A DNA stretch of 64,000 bases from assembly GCF_963921235.1 (NCBI RefSeq), contig NC_086097.1, positions 223,326,001 through 223,390,000 on the forward strand, written 5' to 3'. Both the position numbers and the translations under genes were made by a program. The notes under the pieces are model-generated. The model worked only from the letters and a program-made list of their open reading frames with translations. It did no database searches and was not told where the DNA came from. This DNA is from Mobula hypostoma. Taxonomy: Eukaryota. Of the stretch, positions 53,012-62,900 are shown piece by piece. How positions within the stretch are numbered: the stretch's first letter is position 1; the number at the start of each line of letters is the position of its first letter.

Positions 53012-54100
53012 AACTGAAAGAAGAGATACTAAGAGATTTGAAAGTGGGAGGGGGAGGGGGAGATCCGAAAAGATAGGAGAAGACAGGAGGGGAAGGGATG
53101 GAAGGATGGAGGTAAGTTGATTGGCAAAAGGGATACAAGGCTGGAGAAGGGAGAGGATCATGGGACAGGAAGGCTAGGCAGAAAGACAGGGGGAGGGGAG
53201 CCCAGAGGATGGAAAGGAGGCAAGGAGTTATAGTGAGAGGGACAGAGGGAGAAAAAAGAGAGAGAAAAAAAGGGGGGGGGGGGAAATAAAAAATAATAAA
53301 TAAATAATGGATGGGGTACAAGGGGGAGGTGGGGCATTAACAGAAATTAGAGAAGTCAATGTTCATGTCATCAGGTTGGAGACTGCCCAGATGAAATATA
53401 AGGTGCTACACATGCCCTTACACTTCCTCCCTTACCACCATTCAGGGCCTCAGACAGTCCTTCCAGGTGAGGTGACACTTCACCTGTGAGTCAACTGGGG
53501 TGATATACTGCGTCCGGTGCTCCCGATGTGGCCTTCTATATATTGGCGAGACCCGACGCAGACTGGGAGATCATTTTGCTGACCACCTACACTCTGTCCA
53601 CCAGAGAAAGCAGGATCTCCCAGTGGCGACACATTTTAATTCCACGTCCCATTCCCATTCTGATATGTCTATCCACGGCCTCCTCTACTGTCAAGATGAA
53701 GCCACACTCAGGTTGGAGGAACAACACCTTATATTCCATCTGGGTAGCCTCCAACCTGATGGCATAAATATTGACTTCTCTAACTTCTGTTAATGCCCCA
53801 CTTCCCCTTCATACCCCATCCATTATTTATTTATTTTATTTTTTTTAATTATTAATTTTTTCCCTCTCTCTCCTTTTTCTCCCTCTGTCCCTCTCACTAT
53901 ACCCCTTGCCCATCCTCTGGGTTTTCCCCTCCCCCTTTCTTTCTCCCTAGGCCTCCCGTCCCATGATCCTCTCATATCCCTTTTACCGATCAATTTTCCA
54001 GCTTTTTGCTCCATCCCTCCCTCTCCTGTCTTCTCCTATAATTTCTGATCTCCCCCTCTCCCTCCCACTTTCAAATCTCTTACTATCTCTTCTTTCAGTT

Positions 54101-54136
54101 AGTCCTGACGAAGGGTCTTGGCCCGAAACGTCGACT
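54101..54136 (+). ncRNA. Minimal type I hammerhead ribozyme motif
   Basis: AGUC CUGACGA A GGGU-CUUG-GCCC GAAAC GUC GACU: stem I AGUC/GACU, intact core, palindromic ACGU stem III, predicted cut after C54132. Confidence 0.8.
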
Positions 54137-54312
54137 GTACCTCTTCCTATAGATGCTGCCTGGCCTGCTGCGTTCACCAGCATTTTCTGTGTGTTGTTTG
54201 ATTAGGTTTGGACTTTATTCCCTGAAGTGTAGGAGAATGAGGGGAGATTTGATAGAGGTATACAAAATTATGAGTGGTATAGATAGGGTAAATCAAGCAG
54301 CCTTTTTCCACT

Positions 54313-54528
54313 GCAACATACATCAAAGTTGCTGGTGAACGCAGCAGGCCAGGCAGCATCTATAGGAAGAAGCGCAGTCGACGTTTCAGGTCGAGACCCT
54401 TCGTCAGGACTAACTCCGTCCTGAAACGTCGACTGCGCTTCTTCCTATAGATGCTGCCTGGCCTGCTGCGTTCACCAGCAACTTTGATGTATGTTGCTTG
54501 AATTTCCAGCATCTGCAGAATTCCTGTT
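54313..54528. mobile_element. Non-autonomous hairpin Penelope-like mini-insertion
   Basis: Perfect 78-bp inverted repeat (54313-54390 / 54420-54497); 13-bp duplication tttttccactgca at 54303-54315 and 54529-54541. Confidence 0.88.
54376..54411 (-). ncRNA. Minimal type I hammerhead ribozyme motif (sense to the stau2 pre-mRNA)
   Basis: AGUC CUGACGA A GGGU-CUCG-ACCU GAAAC GUC GACU; predicted cut between 54380 and 54379. Confidence 0.78.
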
Positions 54529-55078
54529 TTTTTCCACTGCAGTTGGATGAGACAAACTAGAAGTTGTGGATTACGAGGTGAAAAGTGAAATATTTAAGGG
54601 GAACTTCAATCAGAGGGTGGTGAGTACATGGAATGAGCTGCCAGCGGAAGTGGCGGATGCGGGTTAGATTTCAATGTTTAAATGAAGTTTGGATAAGCAC
54701 ATGGATGGGAGGGATACAGCTGTAGGTTAATGGTACAAGGCAGAGTAATAGTTTGCACAGACTAAATGGGCCAAAGGGCCTGTTTCTGTGTTGTGCTCTA
54801 AAATTCTATGTTTATGACTATTTTCTGTGAATTCTCTTTGGGTGCTGAAGACTAAAGTTCAGTGAGTTAGAATGATAAAGTATGTGCAAATTAAGTCAGT
54901 TACCATTTTAATGTCATTCTTCATAGTTCTACGTGCAAAAGGTATAGAGGTACTCCTTAATGTGGTCTGAACTTCCAGGAAACATGAGAATTAAGATGCT
55001 GCCTCTGTAAAGTTTGTTTTAGACAATTCTAAAGATAAATTATGCTTAATAATTCTGTAAGACAACTAGGCAATGTAC

Positions 55079-55216
55079 CTGCATAACAAACTCTCTGCGA
55101 CGAGGAAGACCTTTTTCCGATAGAAGAAGATATTCAGGTTCTTTCTCTTTCTTTGCCTGCTGTATCTGGGCCAATCGACTGATGGGATTCATACCTTGGC
55201 CATATTCTGGACTCGT
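55079..55216 (-). CDS. stau2: Staufen homolog 2 coding exon, first half of dsRBD4 ([46 protein letters not shown])
   Basis: 138 nt (46 codons), acceptor tttctgttacag/ and donor /gtacat, phase 0-0. Diagnostic Staufen motif [18 protein letters not shown]. Confidence 0.97.
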
Positions 55217-55509
55217 CTGTAACAGAAATAATTCATGAAATAGAAAGCACACAATGGAGTGTATTTGCACTGGTGGAAAGAGAAGACTAAGATAATTTAG
55301 CAGTGACAGACAGATCTCATGCCTCACTTAATGACAGCAACACCACTTAAATGTGAGGCTAATAATTTTACTTACAACCTTTGATGGCTAATTCTTGCAA
55401 TGGCATTTTCTTTAATTTTAAACATTTCTGATTTTCAGAGGCACTGAAAGCTTATTTTGATCTGAAAAATGCAAAACAAAACATAAGAATATTAATCTAT
55501 TTCAAAAGA

Positions 55510-55810
55510 GAAAAACTGCTGGAGGAACACAGCAGGTCAGGCAATGTCTGTGGAGGCCAGAGGGATGGTCGTTATTTCATGTTGAGGTTCTGCATCAGAA
55601 CTGAGAACGTAGAGGGAAGATAGCCAATATAAAGAGATGAGGGGGAAGGGTGAGATAGGCTGGTAGGTGATTGGTGGAATTAGGTGAGGAGGGGTTGACA
55701 GGTAGATGGATCCAGCTGGGAGAGGGAAGGGTGGAGACATTACCAGAGACGGGGAGGTGATTGTTAAGAGTCAAAGGGGTGCAGATTATGGAATCTGAAA
55801 AGAAAGGGAT
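55510..55810 (-). mobile_element. Old Penelope-like terminal repeat fragment
   Basis: ctgctggaggaacacagcaggtcaggca followed by a purine-rich tract. Confidence 0.65.
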
Positions 55811-56364
55811 GGCATCTGTAGTCCACTGCGTCTCCAGTGCTGCAAATTAATGAACATTGTTTAGATATCTTCATTTCACATTATAAACCAAAACAAAAAT
55901 CATTTTAACAAAGGTTAGCAACCCCATACAAATGAATGGATATTACCACTAGAGCACCCTCCTTGGCTGGTGTAAAACTGAAGGGCAGAATGAAAATGAA
56001 ATTCAGCCCTTCAGCTCAGCTTATTGTGGAATCACCACTGGATTCAATCAGCAAGTCCTGTGGACACCTAATTTGCAGTGTGCTTCCAAATTCCACGTTA
56101 CAGTCAAAAACTTCAGAGGGCTGCTAAACAACAGTGCATCAGACCCCAATAACTCAGAATCCTATAGGTTAAGGAGACTTGATCTCAGGCTGAAATGCCA
56201 TTTTCTCTGGTATTCAATGGTTAGCACTTTCAGTTTGCACTCTTAGGCATAAAAACATTATTGTTAAACCAAAGCTCTTGAGAATCATTGAGGGTCGCAA
56301 GTTAATTTTTCATTAAAGCAATTAAAAGGATCAGTAATTTGTCATATTTTGAGTGCCACATAGA

Positions 56365-57500
56365 AGACTTATCCATGAGATAAGGATGCATAGAGTTGGG
56401 GGTGATGTATTAGCATGGATAGAGGATTGGTTAATAGAAAGCAGGGAGTTGGGATATATGGGTGTTACTCTCGTTAGCAATCAGTGGTGAGTGATGTGCC
56501 GCAGGAGTTGGTGCTGGGCCCGTCACAATATACATTAACAATCTGGAAGAGGGGACTGAGTGTAGTGTATCCAAGTTTGCTGATGATAGTAAATTGAGTG
56601 GAAAAGCAAATTCTGCAGAAGATACAGAGAGTCTGCAGAGAGATATAGATAGGTTAAATGAGTGGGCAAGGGTCTGGCAGATGGAGTACAATGTTGGTAA
56701 ATGTGAGGTCATCCACTTAGGAAGGGAAAATGAAAGAGCAGTTTATCATTTAAATGGTAAAAAATCGCAGCATGCTGCTGTGCAGAGAGACTTGGGAGTG
56801 CTTGTGCATGAACCACAAAAGGTTGGTTTGCAGGTGCAGCCGGCTATCAAGAAGGCAAATGGAATGTTGCCCTTCATTGCTAGAGAGATTGAATTTAACA
56901 GCAGGGAGGCTTTGCTGAAACTGTATGGGGTACTGGTGGGCCTCATCTGGAGTCCTGCAAGCAGTTCTGGTCTCCTTACTTAAGGAAGGATATATTGGCT
57001 TTGGAGGCAGTGCAGAGGAGGCTCACTAGGTTGATTTCAGAGATGAGAGGGTTAGACTATGAGGAGGGATTGAGTTGCCTGGGACTGTACTCATGGAATT
57101 CAGAAGAATGAGAGGAGATCTTACAGAAACATATAAAATTATGAAAGGGATAGGAAAGATAGAGGCAGGGAAGTTTTTTCCCCACTGGTAGGTGAGACTA
57201 GAGCTAGCAGACATAGCCTCAAGATTCAGGAGAGTAGGTTTAGGACAGAGAAGAGGAGGAACTGCTTTTCCCAGAGAGTGGTGAATCTGTGGAATTCTCT
57301 GCCTAATGAAGCAGTGGAGGCTCCCTTAGTAAATATATTTAAGACAAGGTTGGATAGATTTTTGCACAGTAGGGGAATTAAAAGTTGTGGGGAAAAGGCA
57401 GGCAGGTGGAGATGAGTCCATGGCCAGATCAGTGGAATGGCGGAACAGATTCGATGAGCCAGATGGCCTATTCGTGCTCCTATTTCTTATGTTCTTATGT
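56365..57500 (+). mobile_element. CR1 LINE 3' part
   Basis: LQRDIDRLNEWARVWQMEYNVGKCEVIH; tttcttatgttcttatg tail. Confidence 0.88.
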
Positions 57501-57629
57501 CAGTTAGAGAACTAGAATACAAATAAAGGTGCATAAAAGCTTTGATATGAGCATAGTTGTGGAGACAGAGAGAACATGTAAGAGAGCATGAGAAAAGAGA
57601 ACTGGCTAATATGTTTTAAAAATTCACCT

Positions 57630-58600
57630 AACTTCCTTATCGCCAACTCAACCAACGAGTTAACCTTTAAGGAATCCTGCATAAGGACTCCCAAGTCCCT
57701 CTGCACCTCTGATTTTTGAATTTTCTGCCTGTATAGAAAACAGTCCTTTATTCCTTCTGCCAAAGAGCAGGACCATGCACTTCCCTACATTATATTCAAT
57801 CAGCCACTTCTTTGCATATTCCCCCAATCTATCCAAGTCCTTCTGCAGACAGCTTGATTCCTCAACATTGGCTGCCCCTCCACCTATATTTGTATTGTCT
57901 GCAAACTTGGTCACGAAGTCATCAATTCCTTCATCCAAACCATTGACATACAATGTGAAAAGACGCGGCCCCAACACTGACCCCTGTGGTACATCACCAC
58001 TCACCAGCAGCCAAATGGAAAAGGCCATGCTTATTCCCACCCTCTGCCTTCTGCCAGTCATCCAATCTTCTATCCATGCCAATACATTTCCTGTAATACC
58101 ATGGGCTCTTATTTTGATAGGCAGCCTCATGAGTGGCACCTTGTTGTAGGTCCTCTAAAAATCCAAATAAACAACATCCACTGACTCTTCTTTCTCTACC
58201 TTGCTTATTATTTCCTCAAAGAATTCCAAAAGACTTGTTAGCCAAGATTTCTGCTTCAGAAAAACATGCTCACTTTGGCCTATTTTATCGTGTGCCTCCA
58301 AGTACCCTGAAGCATAATTCTTAATAATGGCCTCCACATCTTCTAAACTCTTAAGTCAGGTTAACTGGTCTACGATTTCCTTTCTTCTGCCTCTCTCCCT
58401 TCTTTAAGAGTTTTCTAGTACTCAGGAGTCATTCTAGAATCTAGTTATTCTTGAAAGATAATTACTACTGCCTCCACAATCTCTTCAGTTACCTCTTTCA
58501 GAATCCTGAGGTGTAGACCATCTGGTCCAGGTGACCTATCTACCTTTAGACCTTTCAACTTTCCGAGCACCTTCTCCTCAGTATTTGCAACGACACTCAC
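57630..58600 (-). mobile_element. CR1 RT fragment
   Basis: VPQGSVLGPRLFTLYVNGL...KFADNT; VDVVYLDF. Confidence 0.85.
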
Positions 58601-58644
58601 TTATTCTGTGTACTGCATACACCTTCAGACCTGTAATCATCACA

Positions 58645-59675
58645 AATTAGAGAAAATCTGCTGATGCTGGAAATCAAAGCAACACACACAAAATGCTGGA
58701 GGAACTCAGCAGGCCAGGCAGCATCTGTGGAAAGTAGTAAATAGCCGACATTTCGGGCCGAGTCCCTTCATCAGTACTGGCACAAAGAGATGAGAAGTCA
58801 GTAAGAATGTGGAGGTAGGAGAGGAAGAAGTACAAGGTAGCAGGTGACGGATGAAAACCAGGAGAGGGGGGCAGGGTGAAGCAAAGAGCTGAGAAGTCAA
58901 TCGGCGAAAGAGATGAGGGGCTGGAGAAGGGGAAATCTGACAGGAAAGGACTGAAGGCTATGGAAGAAGGGAAGGGGGAGAAGTACCAGAGGGAGAGTCA
59001 GGTAGGGAGAAAAAGTGAAAGGGAAATGGGAGCGGGGAATGGTTGGGGGGGGGGTGGGAACAATTGCAAGAAGTTCAAGTAATCGATGTTCATGCCATCA
59101 CGTTGGAGGCTACCGAGACAAAGTACAAGGTATTGCCCCTCAGCAGTAGAGAAGGCCATGGACTGACATAACAGAATGGGAATGGCAAGTACAATTAAAA
59201 CGGGTTGTCACTGGAAGATCCTGCTTTTTCTGGCAGACAAGAGTGCAGGTGCTCAGCGAAGCGGTCTCCCAGTCTGCATCAGTTATCACTGATATACAGG
59301 AGGCCACACCAGGAACACTGGATACAGCAGAAGATGTCAACAGACTCGCAAGTGAAGTGTCGCCTCCACCTGGAAGGACTATTTGGGGCCCTGAATGGTA
59401 GTGAAGGAGGAGGTGGAGGGGGAGGTGTGGCACATGTTCTGTTTGCAAGGATCAGTACCTGGAGGGAGATCAGTGGGGAGGGATGAATGGACAAGGGAGT
59501 CGTATTGGGAGCAATCCCTGCAGAAAGCAGGAAGTGGGGTGAGGGGAGGATTGGGAAAGATGTACTTGGTGGTGGGATCCCACTGGAGATGGCGGAAGTT
59601 ACGGAGAATTATGTACCGGATGCAGAGGTTGGTAGATGAGGACAAGAGGAATCCTATCGCTGGTGGGGTGGCAGG
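58645..59675 (-). mobile_element. Penelope-like element 3' fragment (linker, GIY-YIG, terminal repeat with hammerhead motif at about 58743-58778)
   Basis: FRHLQWDPTTKYIFP, IFCCIQCSWCGLLYI, DLPVTTRFN...HSHS; AGUA CUGAUGA A GGGACUCGGCCC GAAAU GUC. Confidence 0.87.
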
Positions 59676-59789
59676 GTACTCTATTCATAACCCTTTTTGA
59701 CTTTGACCCCCCACCCACACACTAACTCATCCCACTGACTGAAATTATGTCCAATCATTTGCCTGTTCTTCCTCAGTTTGACTACACAT

Positions 59790-60740
59790 CACATCCACTT
59801 GTACACCAAGGGCCCGTCCTCAGTCCCATCACTCTGACCCCTGTCCCCCTGCCAAATTACCCTCACTGGTGTGTGGCAAAGGCCGCAATCCAGAGATTAC
59901 TACCTTGGAGGTCCTGCTTTTCAGCTTTTTGCCCAAATCCTTATATTCTCTCTTCAAGACCGCCTCCTTTTTCCTACCTATGTTGTTGGTACCAATAAGC
60001 ACTACGACTGCTGGCTGTTCACCCTCCACCTTCAAAATGCTGTGGACCCAAACCAAGACATCCCTGACCCTGGCACCTGGGACGCATCAGACCATCCAGG
60101 TGTTTCTTTCAATTCAGTTCAAGTTTAATTAACATTCAAGCCATACATAGATACAGCTGAGCGAGACAGCATCCCTCTGGGGCCAAAGTGCAAAACATTC
60201 AAGATAGCAAGGAAACGTTCAAAAATAGCGAGCAACATAACCAAAATAGTGAGCAAAGAAGCATATTCACTCAACAAAAAAGCTATATATAGTCCAAGAC
60301 CCTGAGCAACAATGTCCAGCAATCGATGGTACAGTCCCCTAGCACGCAATCCAGCCAGTCACTCTGCTGCTGAAACACAGGATTCACATCCACTGAAATT
60401 GCTTTCTGCTCCTAATTATGGAATCCTCCATTCCACTTCTCTCACTCCCCCTTGCCTTCTGAGCCACAGTGCCAGACTCCGTGCCGGTGACCTGATCACT
60501 GCGGCTTCTCCCTGGTAGGTTTCCCCTCAACAGTATCCAAAGCAGTGTACTTATTATTGAGGGGAACGGCCACAGGGGTACTCTGCACTGGCTGCCTATT
60601 TCCTTTCGCTCTCCTGGACAGTCACCCAGGTACCTGCCTCCTGCATCTCAGGGGTGACTACCTCCTTGCAGCGCCTACTTATCCCTTCTCATTTTCACAT
60701 ATGAGCTGAAGGTCATCCAGCTGCAGCTCCAGTTTAAAAA
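59790..60740 (-). mobile_element. CR1 ORF1 fragment (SGNH esterase-like), interrupted by another LINE tail at about 60112-60330
   Basis: QPAVVVLIGTNNIGRKK...KLKSRTSKVVISGL. Confidence 0.75.
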
Positions 60741-60796
60741 ACTTGAAGTTCCTTCTGTTTCAACAAAAACATAATTTACTGCATGAGTACTCTTAC

Positions 60797-61009
60797 CTTT
60801 AGTATAGATTTTGGGCGCTTTTTATAATGAGTTTTAGGTTTCTCTATAATTGGTAAGGGAGGAAGTTTCTTCAGTTCTTGAAGAACAATTATTGCTGCTC
60901 GTTTTTTGGAAAGCTTTTTACTGTTGCCTTCCCCTTCTGCAGTAAACTCTCCTACTGCAACGCGCGTAACAAAGCTCTTCATGTGAGGAGGCCCACTTTC
61001 TCTGGTTAC
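60797..61009 (-). CDS. stau2: Staufen homolog 2 coding exon, second half of dsRBD3 plus basic region ([39 protein letters not shown]...KRPKSILK)
   Basis: 213 nt (71 codons), acceptor gtgacag/ and donor /gtaaga, phase 0-0. Translation closely matches the vertebrate STAU2 segment [39 protein letters not shown] as I recall it. Confidence 0.97.
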
Positions 61010-61022
61010 CTGTCACCAAGGA

Positions 61023-61150
61023 CAGAATCAGAATCAGATTTAATATTACTGGCATATGTCGTCAAATATATTATTTTGCGGCAGCAGTACACTACAACAC
61101 AATAAAAATTATAAATTACAATAAGAATTTTTAAAAATTAAATGAGTAAA
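61023..61150 (-). mobile_element. Rex1/Babar 3' tail abutting the exon acceptor
   Basis: The minus strand reads gacatatgccagtaatattaaatctgattctgattctg, as at the element ends 23570-23600, 28740-28773 and 35960-35993. Confidence 0.75.
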
Positions 61151-61404
61151 GCAAAACAAAAATCAATTCTTGAGACACATCAAAATGAGAAAAAAAATTA
61201 AACCCTCTAAGCACTTTTGTTTTCTTTTTATCCAGGGGTGATACAAAAACATCATTATTCACTATGTCATCCTGTGTGCCTCTGTGCCTGCTTGTGTGTG
61301 TCAGTGTGTGGTAGTGCGAAGGAGGAGATGGGATCCTCTCCTGCCATCTTAGGCAACTATACATTGACAGAAGCCTCCAGACACCTGACAAAGCAACCAA
61401 AGAG

Positions 61405-61575
61405 GAACAAACAAAATGCTGGAGGACTTCAGAAGGTCAGGTAGCATCTGTGGAGAGAAATGGACCGCATCCAGATCAAGAGCCTTGACCCAAAATACTG
61501 GTCACACAGATCCTGCTTGACCTGCTGAGTTCCTGCAACATCTTGTGTGTTGCTACAGATTCCAGCATCTGTACC
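61405..61575. mobile_element. Old inverted pair of Penelope-like terminal repeats
   Basis: caaaatgctggaggac...aggtcaggtagcatctgtg versus cacagatcctgcttgacctgctgagttcctgcaacatcttgtg. Confidence 0.65.
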
Positions 61576-62224
61576 TCACTTGTCACAAAACTCTGCAAGA
61601 AAAGAAAATGCCAGATCCTGAGAGACGGCTCCCCAAGCAGACTGCCAAAATCATTTGCCACAATGGCTCATCAATAGAACTCTCACGCACTACGACTTTA
61701 CTTGGATTGCAGTGCGAAGAATCTTCACTGTAAGATCCTTCAGAGTTTCAATGTCTGGATCTATCTGGAGAGTGGATGACACCACCATCCAGCCTCTGCT
61801 GCAGTGAGTGTTAACCTAGGTCAAGAAAAGGATCAGATGGTCTTTGCTGAGATTCATCCCGTCCAGCTGCACCGCATTTTATGTGTTGTTTCCAGGAATA
61901 CAAATGTGAAAAGCATCGACTGCTGCTGAGATATCATGAGCTTGTTGAAAGACACATAATGGCCTGTTTAAAACTTGCAGGTATTCAAGGAACTATCTAT
62001 TAATAAATGCAGCAAAATGGTGCAGATCCAGGGGATTCACTGATGCTCAGTGCCTCTGCTGCTACAAAGATACTGTGGGGAAACACTGCAGCATAGAGCC
62101 CCCAGTTCGATACCACTGAACACTATGAAGGCCTAGGTCCTACGTAATATCCTTTCAAATCAATTGTACACTTGGAACTGAAAAATTGATGCCATGCTGA
62201 CACCATGTACTTATTGTAAGCAAA

Positions 62225-62900
62225 TGTTCAAAGTTCAAAGTAAATTTATTATGAAAGTAAGTGTATGTCACCATATAGCAACCCTCAAGATTCATGTTCC
62301 TTCAGGCATTCAGAACAAAACAAAATGCAATAGAATCAATGAAAAACCACACACAAATTGTGACAAACAACCAATGAGAAAAGACGAGAATCTAAGCAAG
62401 CAAGCATATCTAATAGGAGTTGTAGAATCATTGAAAGTGAGCCCATAGGTTGTGGAATCAGTTTGGAGTTGACATGAAGTTATCTACACTGTTTCAGGAG
62501 GCTGATGGTTGAAGGGTAATAACCGTTTTTGGACATGGCTGTGTGGGACCCAAGGGTCCTGTACCTCCTTCCCAATGGTAGCTGCGAGAAGAGAGCTTTG
62601 CCTGGATGGTGGTGGTCCTTGATGATGGATGCTGCTTTCTTGCAGCAGCTCTCCTTGTCAATGTACTCAATGGTGGGGAGGGCTTTGCCTGTGATAGACT
62701 GGGCTGTATTGAAGACTTTTCCGTTCCTGGGCTTTAGGGTTTCCAGACCAGGCCATGATGCAACAGGTCAGGATACTCTCCATTGTGTATCTTACAGAAG
62801 TTTATCAAAGTTTTAGATGCTGTGCCAATTCTGCACAAACATTTAAGAAAGTAGAGGCGCTGTTGCTTCGTTATAATGATGTGCTTGAGCTGGCTGTGCT
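62225..62900 (-). mobile_element. Rex1/Babar 3' fragment
   Basis: Reverse strand KKAASIIKDHHHPG; (gttcaaa)n tail. Confidence 0.78.

Larger units (their letters stand above)
52873..54197 (+). mobile_element. Penelope-like element: GIY-YIG endonuclease fragment, 3' terminal repeat and an inverted copy of the 3' region
   Basis: ORF 53500..53793 IYCVRCSRCGLLYIGETRRRLGDHF..H...HFN....H....LGSLQPDGIN is a PLE GIY-YIG domain; flanks ttgaataggttagga / ttgattaggtttgga. Confidence 0.9.
52580..54810 (+). mobile_element. CR1 3' part (52580-52872, 54198-54315, 54529-54810) hosting two Penelope-like insertions
   Basis: GLYSL..RRMRGDLIEVYKIM continues across both inserts; duplications flank each insert. 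Confidence 0.82.
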
